In this document: positions 1 to 8,488 of the stretch, piece after piece
Layout of the letters: each line of letters begins with the position of its first letter
Numbering within the stretch: position 1 is the stretch's first letter
Origin: Rhodospirillaceae bacterium
GTDB lineage: Bacteria > Pseudomonadota > Alphaproteobacteria > UBA6615
DNA length: 64,000 nt
Direction of reading: 5' to 3'
Assembly (NCBI GenBank): GCA_018667335.1
Contig: JABIVD010000016.1
Span: 3,683-67,682 of the forward strand
Made by a program: the position numbers and the translations under genes
The notes under the pieces: model-generated
What the model saw: only the letters and a program-made list of their open reading frames with translations
Told to the model about the DNA's origin: nothing
Database searches by the model: none

Positions 1-1338
1 AACCACAATGCCGTGGCGCTGATCCTGCCCCACAAAGCGATGCTGGGGTTCGATGGCGGGGCCATCGGCGCGGACATCTATTGCGACCGCTCGGGGATTC
101 ACGCCCGCAGGCTGGGTGACTGCGCGAAGATTCTCGACGCGCTCAAGGATTCCGAGAACGGCTATTACGATCCGCGCGACGTCTACACGACCGTGCCGCG
201 TTCGTCGGTGTTGGACACGACCTATGCGAGCCATGTCGCGACGGGTGCTACGGAGAATGCGCTCAAGGGAATGCGTATCGGCGTTGTCCGGGAATCCATG
301 GTCTACCCCGAGGGATCGAAGACCGAGGAGCCGATCGTCTCGGCAGCCACGGCCGAGGTCAAGGATGTGCTCGGTGCGCATCTCGGCGCGACCCTGGTTG
401 AATCCGGTGACCAGCTGTGGACGCCGGACCCCGACATGGAACAGATGAGCGTCGATTTCCGCCGCGCGCTGGCCCAGCTCGTGCCGGTGTTCATGCCGCA
501 GTTGCTGTTCCGGCTGCGTCCCGACGGTACGCCGCTGTACAAGGAATTCGAAGCCGCGATCAAGCCGACCGACTTCCTGCCGGGCAAAACCTTCGGGTCC
601 GGGGCCATGGACCCGATCGATTATTGCGTCGGACTCGCCGAGGGCACGATCGAGCCACCGACGAACTTCGACATCGCCAGCGTTCAGCAGCAGGAACTGG
701 CAAATACCTTCCGGTTCCACATCAGCCAGTATCTGATGCGCCGCGCCGACGATTGGAAGGCGGCGGGGTTCGATGAGGCGCTCGCCAATTGGGAGATGCT
801 CAACGCGCGCTCCAAATTCTGGGGCGACGATCAGCGCTCGGGCTTCAAAAACTGGGAAGAAGTCGCCGACCCGCGCAATGCGCTCGACGGACGCCAGGGC
901 GTCGACGAGCGGATCATGCTGCGCGAGTTGCTGCGCCGGGTGGACATGATGGTCATCCTGGAAAACAAGCTGGATGCGTTCGTGCGCCTGCACACGCCAT
1001 GGCCGCCGGGAATCATCGGCATGCCCCATCAGTACGACACGATGCACAATCTCCGGCCCGAGAGCCTGTATGGCCCGAATGCCGGATTGACTGAAATGCT
1101 GGTGCCGGCGGGCTATGTGACCGTCGCCTACGATCCGGTGTTCGCGCTCAGCGCCGACGGCACGAAGTATGTCTCGGCCCCGTCGAATGTTCCGACCGAG
1201 CTCGCCGATCCGGGGCTGCCCTTCTCGCTGGTCTTCCGTTCGGAGCCGGGCACGGAAGACACGCTGCTCAATATTGCGTCGAGTTATGAGGCGGCTTCGA
1301 ACCGCCGCGTACCGCCGCCTGCGTTCGGTGCGCTGTAA
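1..1338 (+). CDS. Amidase-family protein, C-terminal ~440 aa; the ORF is open at the window start so the 5' end is missing
   Basis: Reading frame continues from position 1. The C-terminal stretch GLPFSLVFRSEPGTEDTLLNIASSYEAAS resembles the conserved C-terminus of amidase-signature enzymes; the GGSSGG signature would lie upstream of the window. Confidence 0.45.
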   Translation, partial: NHNAVALILPHKAMLGFDGGAIGADIYCDRSGIHARRLGDCAKILDALKDSENGYYDPRDVYTTVPRSSVLDTTYASHVATGATENALKGMRIGVVRESMVYPEGSKTEEPIVSAATAEVKDVLGAHLGATLVESGDQLWTPDPDMEQMSVDFRRALAQLVPVFMPQLLFRLRPDGTPLYKEFEAAIKPTDFLPGKTFGSGAMDPIDYCVGLAEGTIEPPTNFDIASVQQQELANTFRFHISQYLMRRADDWKAAGFDEALANWEMLNARSKFWGDDQRSGFKNWEEVADPRNALDGRQGVDERIMLRELLRRVDMMVILENKLDAFVRLHTPWPPGIIGMPHQYDTMHNLRPESLYGPNAGLTEMLVPAGYVTVAYDPVFALSADGTKYVSAPSNVPTELADPGLPFSLVFRSEPGTEDTLLNIASSYEAASNRRVPPPAFGAL

Positions 1339-1409
1339 TGTCGTTTTGACCTCGTGGCCGTGGGGACTATTTTGTAGGCCGTCTCCGAACGGCAACGAAA
1401 GAATCAGCC

Positions 1410-2756
1410 ATGACCGACAATGGGCGAATGCATCTCGCGGCGTTTATGCGTCCGATCAGCATCCACACCGGCGCGTGGCGCTATCCGGGCGGCACACCCG
1501 ACGCCAACTTCAACTTCCCGGCGATCGTGAAATCTGCCCAGCGCCTGGAAGAGGCGAAGTTCGACGCCTTCTTCATGGCCGACCATCTGGCAATGCTCAA
1601 CATGCCGATGGATGCGCTCAAACGCAGTTCGACGGCGACCTCATTCGAGCCGTTTACGCTTTTGTCGGCGCTGTCGATGGTCACCGAGAATCTCGGCCTG
1701 ATCGCGACAGGCTCGACATCTTTTGACGAACCGTTTCACGTGGCCCGTCGCTTCGCCTCGCTCGACCATATCAGCGGCGGGCGCGCGGGCTGGAACATCG
1801 TCACCACGTCGAACCCGGATGCGGCCAAGAATTTCGGGCTCGAGGAACATCTCGACCATGCCGAACGCTATGCCCGTGCCCGCGAATTCTACGACGTGGT
1901 CACCGGCCTTTGGGACAGCTGGGCCGACGACGCCTTCATCCGTGATGTGGAATCCGGGGTCTTCTTCGATCCCGACAAGCTTCACACCCTCGATCACAAG
2001 GGCGAGTTCTTTTCGGTGCATGGCCCGCTGCACGTCGCGCGTCCCGTCCAGGGCTGGCCCCTTATTGTCCAGGCGGGCGGCTCGGAGGCCGGACGGCAGC
2101 TCGCCGCCGAAACGGCCGAGGCGATCTTCGCGGCGCAGCGGACGATCGATGACGGCCGCGAATTCTATGCCGATGTGAAGGGCCGGATGGCGAAGATCGG
2201 GCGCAACCCCGATCACCTCAAGATTCTGCCTGCCTGTCTCGTTGTCGTTGGTGATTCTGTCGAGGAGGCTCGTGAAAAGCGCGCGGTCCTCGATTCGAAA
2301 GTGCATCTCGACAGTGCGATCGCCTCCCTGTCGATATCCTTGGGGCACGACGCCTCCACCTTCGATCTCGACAGCCCGTTGCCGGAGATCCCCGAGAGCA
2401 ACGCGTCCAAAAGCGGTCGTGATCGGGCGATCCGGATGGCCGAACAGGAAAACCTTACCGTCCGTCAGCTGGCCCAGCGGATGGGTGGGTTCTCGGGTCT
2501 CGCGATGGTTGGCACGGCGGAGACGATCGCCGACGAGATGGAAGAATGGATCGAGACAAGCGCGAGCGACGGCTTCACGATCATGTTCCCCTTCCTGCCC
2601 GAAGGGCTCGACCTGTTCGTGGATCGGGTGGTTCCCGAACTCCAGCGACGCGGTCTGTTCCGGCGCGAATATGCCGGCAAGACGCTTCGCGAGAACATGG
2701 GCCTGCCGCGCCCGGAGAACCGGTTCTTCGCGGCGTCGGACAAGGCGGCCCGGTAG
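1410..2756 (+). CDS. LLM-class flavin-dependent monooxygenase (NtaA/SnaA/DszA family)
   Basis: 448 aa with family-typical segments SLDHISGGRAGWNIVTTSNPDAAKNFGLEEHLDHAERYARAREF and a C-terminal subdomain. RBS-like gaaagaatcagccATG. Confidence 0.85.
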   Translation: MTDNGRMHLAAFMRPISIHTGAWRYPGGTPDANFNFPAIVKSAQRLEEAKFDAFFMADHLAMLNMPMDALKRSSTATSFEPFTLLSALSMVTENLGLIATGSTSFDEPFHVARRFASLDHISGGRAGWNIVTTSNPDAAKNFGLEEHLDHAERYARAREFYDVVTGLWDSWADDAFIRDVESGVFFDPDKLHTLDHKGEFFSVHGPLHVARPVQGWPLIVQAGGSEAGRQLAAETAEAIFAAQRTIDDGREFYADVKGRMAKIGRNPDHLKILPACLVVVGDSVEEAREKRAVLDSKVHLDSAIASLSISLGHDASTFDLDSPLPEIPESNASKSGRDRAIRMAEQENLTVRQLAQRMGGFSGLAMVGTAETIADEMEEWIETSASDGFTIMFPFLPEGLDLFVDRVVPELQRRGLFRREYAGKTLRENMGLPRPENRFFAASDKAAR

Positions 2757-2770
2757 GTTTCTGTTCGGGT

Positions 2771-3280
2771 CTAGTCCAGATAGCCGCCGCGGAAATACAC
2801 CAGTGGTGCCGCGTCAGGGTCACCGCCGACCGCCACCACGCGGCCGATCGCAATGACAGTACCGTGTCGTTCGAGGGTCTCCTCGAGGTGGCAATCCATC
2901 ACGCCCACGGCGCCATTGAAGACCGGTGCACCTGTCGCAAGCGTCGACCAGCGTTTGCCGTCGAACCGGTCGGGTCCCTTCACGTCACTTTTGCCTGAGA
3001 AGAGATCGACCACGTCTTCTGTGCCGCGCGGCAGATAGTTGATGGCGAAATGGCCCGAGTCACGAATGGCGCCCAACGCCGAAGTTCGTGCATCGATGGA
3101 AACGAGCATGGTCGGAGGGTCGGCGCAGATATGGGTGGCGGACAGTCCGAGAAACCCGGCCGGCCCGGCGCTCCCGCGCGCCGTAACGATCGTTGCGGAA
3201 ACTGCGCGTTGGCCAACGGCCTGCCAGAAGGCGCCAATATCAATGTCGGCGTTGCCGGCGCCGGTCCCTTCCGTTCCCAT
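2771..3280 (-). CDS. Flavin reductase (NADH:FMN oxidoreductase, HpaC/NtaB-like)
   Basis: 169 aa with a flavin_reduct-like domain (FWQAVGQRAVSATIVTARGSAGPAGFLGLSATHICADPPTMLVSI). Convergent partner of the adjacent monooxygenase. Confidence 0.8.
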   Translation of the reverse strand: MGTEGTGAGNADIDIGAFWQAVGQRAVSATIVTARGSAGPAGFLGLSATHICADPPTMLVSIDARTSALGAIRDSGHFAINYLPRGTEDVVDLFSGKSDVKGPDRFDGKRWSTLATGAPVFNGAVGVMDCHLEETLERHGTVIAIGRVVAVGGDPDAAPLVYFRGGYLD

Positions 3281-3303
3281 TCCGTGCTCCTATGTCTCTG
3301 TCG

Positions 3304-3597
3304 TCAGGCCTTCTGACCCCGACCCTCGAGCCGGTGGTTGATCCAGTCGGAATAGATATCCACCGCCAACCAGATTGCCTGGGCCGCAGCGTAATTCAGA
3401 ATCCCGAACAGCCAGGGAAAGTCGAACCCGCCAGCGAACCAAACCCCGGCCGCGAGAAAGACGGCGATGCAGATGATCGCCGAGGCGATATTCGTGGCGA
3501 CGAGGCGGGAGAGCTTGCCCTCCCATTTCTTGGTGAGCCTGAAGATAATCCGGCTGACCAGGAAGCTCGGCACGAACGCCGCCGCGAAGAACCCCAT
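3304..3597 (-). CDS. Hypothetical small membrane protein (~97 aa, 3 predicted TM)
   Basis: Hydrophobic ORF. Start placed at the internal ATG (MGFFAAAF); the upstream TTG start is weak. No family recognised. Confidence 0.35.
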   Translation of the reverse strand: MGFFAAAFVPSFLVSRIIFRLTKKWEGKLSRLVATNIASAIICIAVFLAAGVWFAGGFDFPWLFGILNYAAAQAIWLAVDIYSDWINHRLEGRGQKA

Positions 3598-3725
3598 GTT
3601 GAAAACAAAACCCAAAGGGACCTCACAGCTCGAACAAAACGTCGCACTAGCATACAATGCCACAACGCGAGGCCGAACCGCATTTCGGCACAATCTTTGA
3701 ATTTTGTGCCCTGGGGAAACGAATT

Positions 3726-3857
3726 ATGGATGAGCAGGCAGAAAGCGAACAGCGTCCGACCTCAAACCGGCTGATGCTCGCTGCCGTGCTCTCCGTCGTC
3801 GGGCTCGGTGCCATTGGCATGCTGGTGCTGGCCGCGGCGTCGGTGGTGTTTCGCTAA
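3726..3857 (+). CDS. Hypothetical small single-TM protein (43 aa)
   Basis: ATG preceded by ggggaaacgaatt. One hydrophobic helix (LMLAAVLSVVGLGAIGMLVLAAASVVF). Very short, so weak support. Confidence 0.2.
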   Translation: MDEQAESEQRPTSNRLMLAAVLSVVGLGAIGMLVLAAASVVFR

Positions 3858-4741
3858 GACGCTTTTGGCCGCTGTGCGCGGCTCTCCCGCCGCGCGATAT
3901 AGGTCGCACTGGCGACGATTACGCCGCCGCCGATCCATGTCCAGATTTCCGGCTGTTCACCAAACAGGGTCAGGCCCAGAATCGTCGCCCAGACGAGCTG
4001 TAGGAACTGAATCGGTTGGGTGACCGTGATGTCGGCCGAACGAAATGCCTGGGTCAGCGTGACGTGTCCCGCCGTGGCGCAGACGGCCGTCGCGAACAAC
4101 CATGCCAATTCCACCAACGTGGGTGTGCGCCAGACCAGGAGCGCCGGCGGCAGCAGGGTGAGGGTTACGAAAATCGAGAGATAGGCGACGATCGCCGTGC
4201 TTGATTCCGTCCGGGTCAGGCGTTTCGCGATCAGCATTGAACAGGCGAACAAAGGCGAGGCCACCAGCTGTGCGATCGATCCGATGCTGATCGCCTGGAA
4301 GCCCGGCTGCAGGACGATAATCGCGCCGCCGAAGCCGATCAAAACAGCACCGATCCGATACAGATACAACCTTTCACCAAGAAAGAGCGCGGCCCCGAGG
4401 GTGGTGAAGATCGGGGCCGTAAACCCCAATGCGGTCACTTCTGCGATCGGGATCTTCGCCATCGCGAAAAACCAGAGCATCACGCCCAATCCGTGGATGA
4501 AGCCGCGGACGGCGTGCAGACCCATGATTCTGCGCTCACGGACGAAGTTGCCGACTTTGAAAAACACCGGTGCCAACAAAAGCAGACCGAAGAAGTAGCG
4601 GATGAAGGCAGCCTGGACTGCGTTCATGTCTGTTCCCAGATGGCGCACAATCCCGGTGACCATCACAAACAGGATGCCCGTCATCGCCATCCAGAAGATG
4701 CCGCGGAGGTTTCCGTTGATGCGCGATTCGGCGGCCGACAT
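3854..4741 (-). CDS. DMT-superfamily transporter (EamA family, 10 TM)
   Basis: 295 aa with two EamA-like repeats and a hydrophobic profile typical of RhaT/EamA permeases. Confidence 0.8.
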   Translation of the reverse strand: MSAAESRINGNLRGIFWMAMTGILFVMVTGIVRHLGTDMNAVQAAFIRYFFGLLLLAPVFFKVGNFVRERRIMGLHAVRGFIHGLGVMLWFFAMAKIPIAEVTALGFTAPIFTTLGAALFLGERLYLYRIGAVLIGFGGAIIVLQPGFQAISIGSIAQLVASPLFACSMLIAKRLTRTESSTAIVAYLSIFVTLTLLPPALLVWRTPTLVELAWLFATAVCATAGHVTLTQAFRSADITVTQPIQFLQLVWATILGLTLFGEQPEIWTWIGGGVIVASATYIARRESRAQRPKAS

Positions 4742-4750
4742 GGCGCGGTA

Positions 4751-5116
4751 TCAGGTCTGGCGAGAGGCGTGGCCGATGGTCAGGAACGCCTGCAAAATCA
4801 ACAATAGAGACAAGACGAATACCGGGCCGTCGGGCGTATTCGTGCGGCCGCTGACGAACGCGTTTGCGGCCAATCCAATCACGCCAACAATCAGCGCGAC
4901 GAGGGCGGCGCGTTTCAGAATTCGTGCCTGGTCATGGCTCGGCCGAATAAGCTGCCGCCATGTGACTACGGTGGCGCCGATCACGAGCACTGCCACGGTG
5001 GCCCGCGCGGCCCGCCATGCGGTGAGGCCGGCATCGCCGGTCACGCTCAAATAGATTGTGTAGGCGGCGCCAAGCCCGGTCAGGCTCGCGATGATGAGGA
5101 GTGCTGCACGGTTCAT
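4751..5116 (-). CDS. Hypothetical small membrane protein (~121 aa)
   Basis: Start placed at the internal ATG (MNRAALLIIASLTG...) where the Arg-rich N-terminal extension ends. Four predicted TM helices. Confidence 0.4.
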   Translation of the reverse strand: MNRAALLIIASLTGLGAAYTIYLSVTGDAGLTAWRAARATVAVLVIGATVVTWRQLIRPSHDQARILKRAALVALIVGVIGLAANAFVSGRTNTPDGPVFVLSLLLILQAFLTIGHASRQT

Positions 5117-5187
5117 AAACGCGTCATAGCACGGACAGGCTGCCGTGCCTGAGAAAGAAAATGGTCGCACCGATGGGTGCCGGCTGC

Positions 5188-5964
5188 TTACCGTCCAAAC
5201 AGGCGTTTGATCCCGGTTCGGTCGCGCGGTGGATGGCTGAGTTCCGGGTCGGTTTCGCCCTCGAGAACCCCTTCGTCGATCCGGTATAAATGGCAAAGAA
5301 CATGATCGACGGATGTCTCTGCGCCAAAGGGCAACGCGATCACTCCGCAACTGGTGGAGCCACTGCTCGTGGGGACGGCGTCGGTTTCGTGAACGGGGCC
5401 CCCGGTGATGACCACTTCACGACCGAGTCCGACGATCCAGTCGACGGTCATGGCGTCGATCGGGATCGCGGATGTGAGACCACCGGCAGGCGGCGCGAAC
5501 ATATGTGCGACCTCCAGGCCGGGACGGCGGCCACGTTCGGATACGCGAAGCAGAAGGCTGTTCGGCCAATGCCCGGCAATGGTGATGGGGTCGAAATCGG
5601 AGATGTCTGGCCGCAACCGGTCGGCCGCCAGATGTTCCCACAGATCGATAATTGCGGAAGGTGCGATGTCGCTGTCCTGTCCGATACAGCGCGGGGCGGA
5701 GTCCCGAGAGGCATGGGTTGGCGCACGCGTGTTGGCAGCAGGGAACACCCGACGCAGCGATGGATTGGAGTTGTCCGCTATCACCGCCGCCTGGGCTTCG
5801 ATAACCGGCGAAGTGCCGTAGACGTGAACCACTTCCTCACGTTCGTCAGGCGGGCGCGGCTGCGTCGCGCCGCGGATCGAGACGCGTGTCAGCGATGCCG
5901 CCGGTGCAGGCCTGCAGTGTTTGCGTTCGTTGGACGGTGCGATCGGATCAGGATCGGTCATCAT
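5188..5964 (-). CDS. Hypothetical protein (258 aa), no confident family assignment
   Basis: Long ORF in the same orientation as the parA-like/RHH genes upstream. Its composition is far more protein-like than the antisense + ORF 5290..6027. Confidence 0.4.
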   Translation of the reverse strand: MMTDPDPIAPSNERKHCRPAPAASLTRVSIRGATQPRPPDEREEVVHVYGTSPVIEAQAAVIADNSNPSLRRVFPAANTRAPTHASRDSAPRCIGQDSDIAPSAIIDLWEHLAADRLRPDISDFDPITIAGHWPNSLLLRVSERGRRPGLEVAHMFAPPAGGLTSAIPIDAMTVDWIVGLGREVVITGGPVHETDAVPTSSGSTSCGVIALPFGAETSVDHVLCHLYRIDEGVLEGETDPELSHPPRDRTGIKRLFGR

Positions 5965-5988
5965 CGGCTCCTCGTGTCCACGTGGGTT

Positions 5989-6441
5989 TCACAAGGGAGG
6001 CGGCAGGACCATGCCGCTGCCGGGTAGCGAGGGAGCCACGCCGCTTGGGCGGCATTTGGTTTGAAGCGCCCGGGGAACCCCCGACCCAGTCTGATCTGTC
6101 CGGTGACCGAGGCGCTTGAGAAGTTCGTCGAGCGCTTCCGTCAACAGGCGTTGCCGGCTGACATTTCGGGTCTCTGCGGCCCGGCAGAAATCGGCATGCC
6201 GCGCCGGGTCGATCCGGAATGTGAATTTCCTTTTTTCTGCCGTGGCCGCTCCCGTCAGGCGCGCAGCGCATGGCGCCTGTGCCGGGCCCCGGACCATTGG
6301 TGTCTCGGTTTGGCTTGCTGACGCATGCAGATTGATTGTCGGGAGCACGATTGTCCGGCGCGCATGGAACCGTGCTGCGCCTCCGGGATGCGCCGCGGCG
6401 GGTGCCGCTGCGCCTTTTCGCGCCAGAAAACCTTCGCTCAT
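5989..6441 (-). CDS. Ribbon-helix-helix (CopG/ParG-like) DNA-binding protein, translationally coupled to the ParA-like gene
   Basis: Its ATG overlaps the parA-like TGA as ATGA at 6438-6441. The C-terminal half (KRKFTFRIDPARHADFCRAAETRNVSRQRLLTEALDELLKRL) is a typical RHH motif. Confidence 0.5.
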   Translation of the reverse strand: MSEGFLARKGAAAPAAAHPGGAARFHARRTIVLPTINLHASASQTETPMVRGPAQAPCAARLTGAATAEKRKFTFRIDPARHADFCRAAETRNVSRQRLLTEALDELLKRLGHRTDQTGSGVPRALQTKCRPSGVAPSLPGSGMVLPPPL

Positions 6442-7145
6442 GATATGCCGTTCCAGCGTGTTTCGCCGTTGGACCGCCCCGGCGCAAGTCGTGCAAAGTT
6501 GTCGGGAATCATCGTCGGAGCGCTGCGCTGTGCCAGCCGGCTGTCGATATAGCGCCACAGGTTCACAATCTCCTCGGCAGACTTCCCGGCGCGTGGCAAT
6601 TCCATCACGGTGCGGCCGTCGATCATGCTGGCCGCAAAATCGGTCCTTTGATGGATCATGATTGGCGCGACGGTGCCGTGCTGCGACAGGACGATGGCGG
6701 CTTCGCCCGTGATCCGGGCGCGTGGGTTGGCCGCGTTGACGATGAAGACGAGCGGCTTGCCCAACGCTTCCACCATGGCGATGGTGGTGCCGGCGGCTCG
6801 GAGATCGTGCGGGCTTGGCCGGGTCGGAATCGCGATGAGGTCGGACAGTGCGATCACCTGTTCGATCATATCGGTGATTGCCGGCGGGGTATCGATGATC
6901 ACCAGCTTGAAGCCGAGGTCGTGCGCCCGCGCCAGGTCTGTGTCCAAAGTAGCGACCGAGGCGTGCAGGAACGCTGGCGTTGATGCCTGCCGCTCGTTCC
7001 ACCAGTCGGTCAGGCTACCTTGCGGGTCGGTGTCGATCACCGCGACGGGGCCGGCGCCGGCGGCCTCGGCTGCGACGGCAAGGTGTCCGGCGAGCGTTGT
7101 CTTGCCGGAGCCGCCTTTTTGAGAGGTCAGTGCGAGGATGTTCAT
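6438..7145 (-). CDS. ParA/MinD-family ATPase (small type-Ib-like ParA)
   Basis: Starts MNILALTSQKGGSGKTTLAGHLA with the deviant Walker A motif KGGxxK[ST], and has DTDPQGS and IIDTPP motifs. ~235 aa. Confidence 0.8.
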   Translation of the reverse strand: MNILALTSQKGGSGKTTLAGHLAVAAEAAGAGPVAVIDTDPQGSLTDWWNERQASTPAFLHASVATLDTDLARAHDLGFKLVIIDTPPAITDMIEQVIALSDLIAIPTRPSPHDLRAAGTTIAMVEALGKPLVFIVNAANPRARITGEAAIVLSQHGTVAPIMIHQRTDFAASMIDGRTVMELPRAGKSAEEIVNLWRYIDSRLAQRSAPTMIPDNFARLAPGRSNGETRWNGIS

Positions 7146-7491
7146 GGAGACCTCCGGGTCGATTGGCTGGGCCCGAACTCGGGAATAATCGAAGCGAAGG
7201 GTAGATTCCAAGTGTCCTGATCGCCAAGCGACATTGGATAAACATGATCCTGTGTTTGATCGAAAAACGCAGATTGTTCGGTTGTTTCGTCCACGTAAAA
7301 TCGACGGAAATTCGATGCAAAATTCAAGGTGGTTTCGGAATGTTGGGGCGCGGTTGCTGCCATTCGTGTTTTCACCGCTGCCGAGAGTGGTTCTGGCTTA
7401 GCTCTGACGCTAATGTGGAGGCGCTGAGAAACAACTGGCGCGGTGATCGAAACACCTTCGCCGAATTGAAAAAACCTAGGGAGGATCAATC

Positions 7492-7893
7492 ATGGCAAAT
7501 GCAGAAACCAAGACCGAGGGTGCCTACAAGGCCGGTGATGGTACGTATGTGTTCGACGTTGACAAGTTACAGGGGCTGGAAGCCGGTCCGGGTTATGCCG
7601 CGACCTTCGGGCCCGTGGTCGAGGGTGAGCTGACTCAGGTCGGCATCATGACATTGCCCGCTGGACAGACGTCAGCGCCCCATACCCATCCCAACGAGCA
7701 ATGGATTTACATCTTGCGGGGCAAGCTGCATGCGACGGTGGACGGGCAGGAATCAGATGTTGGCCCAGGCCAGCTGATTTATATCCCGTCCGATACCGTG
7801 CACAGCGTGACGATCTCGCCGGACGAGGATTGCCACTTCTTCACCTGCAAGGACCTGCGCAGCGGGATCGCCGGCACACCCGTCGGCGGTTGA
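7492..7893 (+). CDS. Cupin-domain protein
   Basis: Strong RBS gggaggatcaatcATG. Cupin motifs HTHPNEQWIYILRG ... GQLIYIPSDTVHS. Paralogous to the cupin at 46908..47303. Confidence 0.8.
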   Translation: MANAETKTEGAYKAGDGTYVFDVDKLQGLEAGPGYAATFGPVVEGELTQVGIMTLPAGQTSAPHTHPNEQWIYILRGKLHATVDGQESDVGPGQLIYIPSDTVHSVTISPDEDCHFFTCKDLRSGIAGTPVGG

Positions 7894-7919
7894 TGCGGCG
7901 GTTGATGCGGCGGTTGACG
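7884..7919. repeat. 12-bp tandem repeat x3 (cggcggttgatg) overlapping the cupin stop codon
   Basis: Read directly: cggcggttgatg cggcggttgatg cggcggttgacg. Confidence 0.8.
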
Positions 7920-7934
7920 TTGTTTTTCGGCGGC

Positions 7935-8225
7935 CTAGAGGCCGTCGAACATCAGCACCGGGCCGTTGGAACCTGAATTCCGGGATGCAAGCCACGGCTG
8001 ATACTCGGCATCATTGTACCAGGCCTCGGCTGAAGCCCGGTCCGGGAACTCGATGATGACCGCGGCGGACGGTGCGTCGGCGTCGCCTTCCAGCTTCGTC
8101 ACTTCGGGCGTCTGGGCGATATAACGTCCGCCATGTTTGGCGACGAGTTCGTGAACGGCGGGTCCGTAAGCCGCCATCCAGGACGGGTCGGTGATGGTCA
8201 GCGAAGCTGTGAGATATGTGGTCAT
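7935..8225 (-). CDS. DUF1330-domain protein
   Basis: 96 aa. The sequence (MTTYLTASLTITDPSWMAAYGPAVHELVAKHGGRYIA...) matches the DUF1330 family pattern. Confidence 0.65.
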   Translation of the reverse strand: MTTYLTASLTITDPSWMAAYGPAVHELVAKHGGRYIAQTPEVTKLEGDADAPSAAVIIEFPDRASAEAWYNDAEYQPWLASRNSGSNGPVLMFDGL

Positions 8226-8488
8226 GGTGTTTCCCTGTTTGGCGTAATTGTAGGACGTTATCAGGCCCGCATTAGATGACCAATCATGAGGGCACCATCT
8301 TTGCTGGCGAAGACTTGTGCTTGCGCCGCCATATCACCGCATCCACGGTGTGGTGGTGGTAATTGTCGGTCTGAAACAGGATCAGGGGTGCGACGCCGAC
8401 CGCAAACAGTCCGACCGCGGTGCGCAGCGATAGGGCCAGAAAAAGAAAACCTCGAAAACGTTCAGATGTAGAGGCGCGCCGTGTTCAG

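Noticed and set aside
5188-5964. Initial impression of a biotin/lipoate protein ligase (BirA-like) domain
   Set aside because: The GRGRRG-like and KWPND-like strings occur in the wrong order and without the other conserved blocks. Left as hypothetical.
7900-7935. Rho-independent terminator between the convergent cupin and DUF1330 genes (cggcggcc taga ggccgtcg)
   Set aside because: The hairpin has a mismatch and is flanked by a T-tract on the wrong side for the + strand and an A-tract for the minus strand, so it fits neither orientation.
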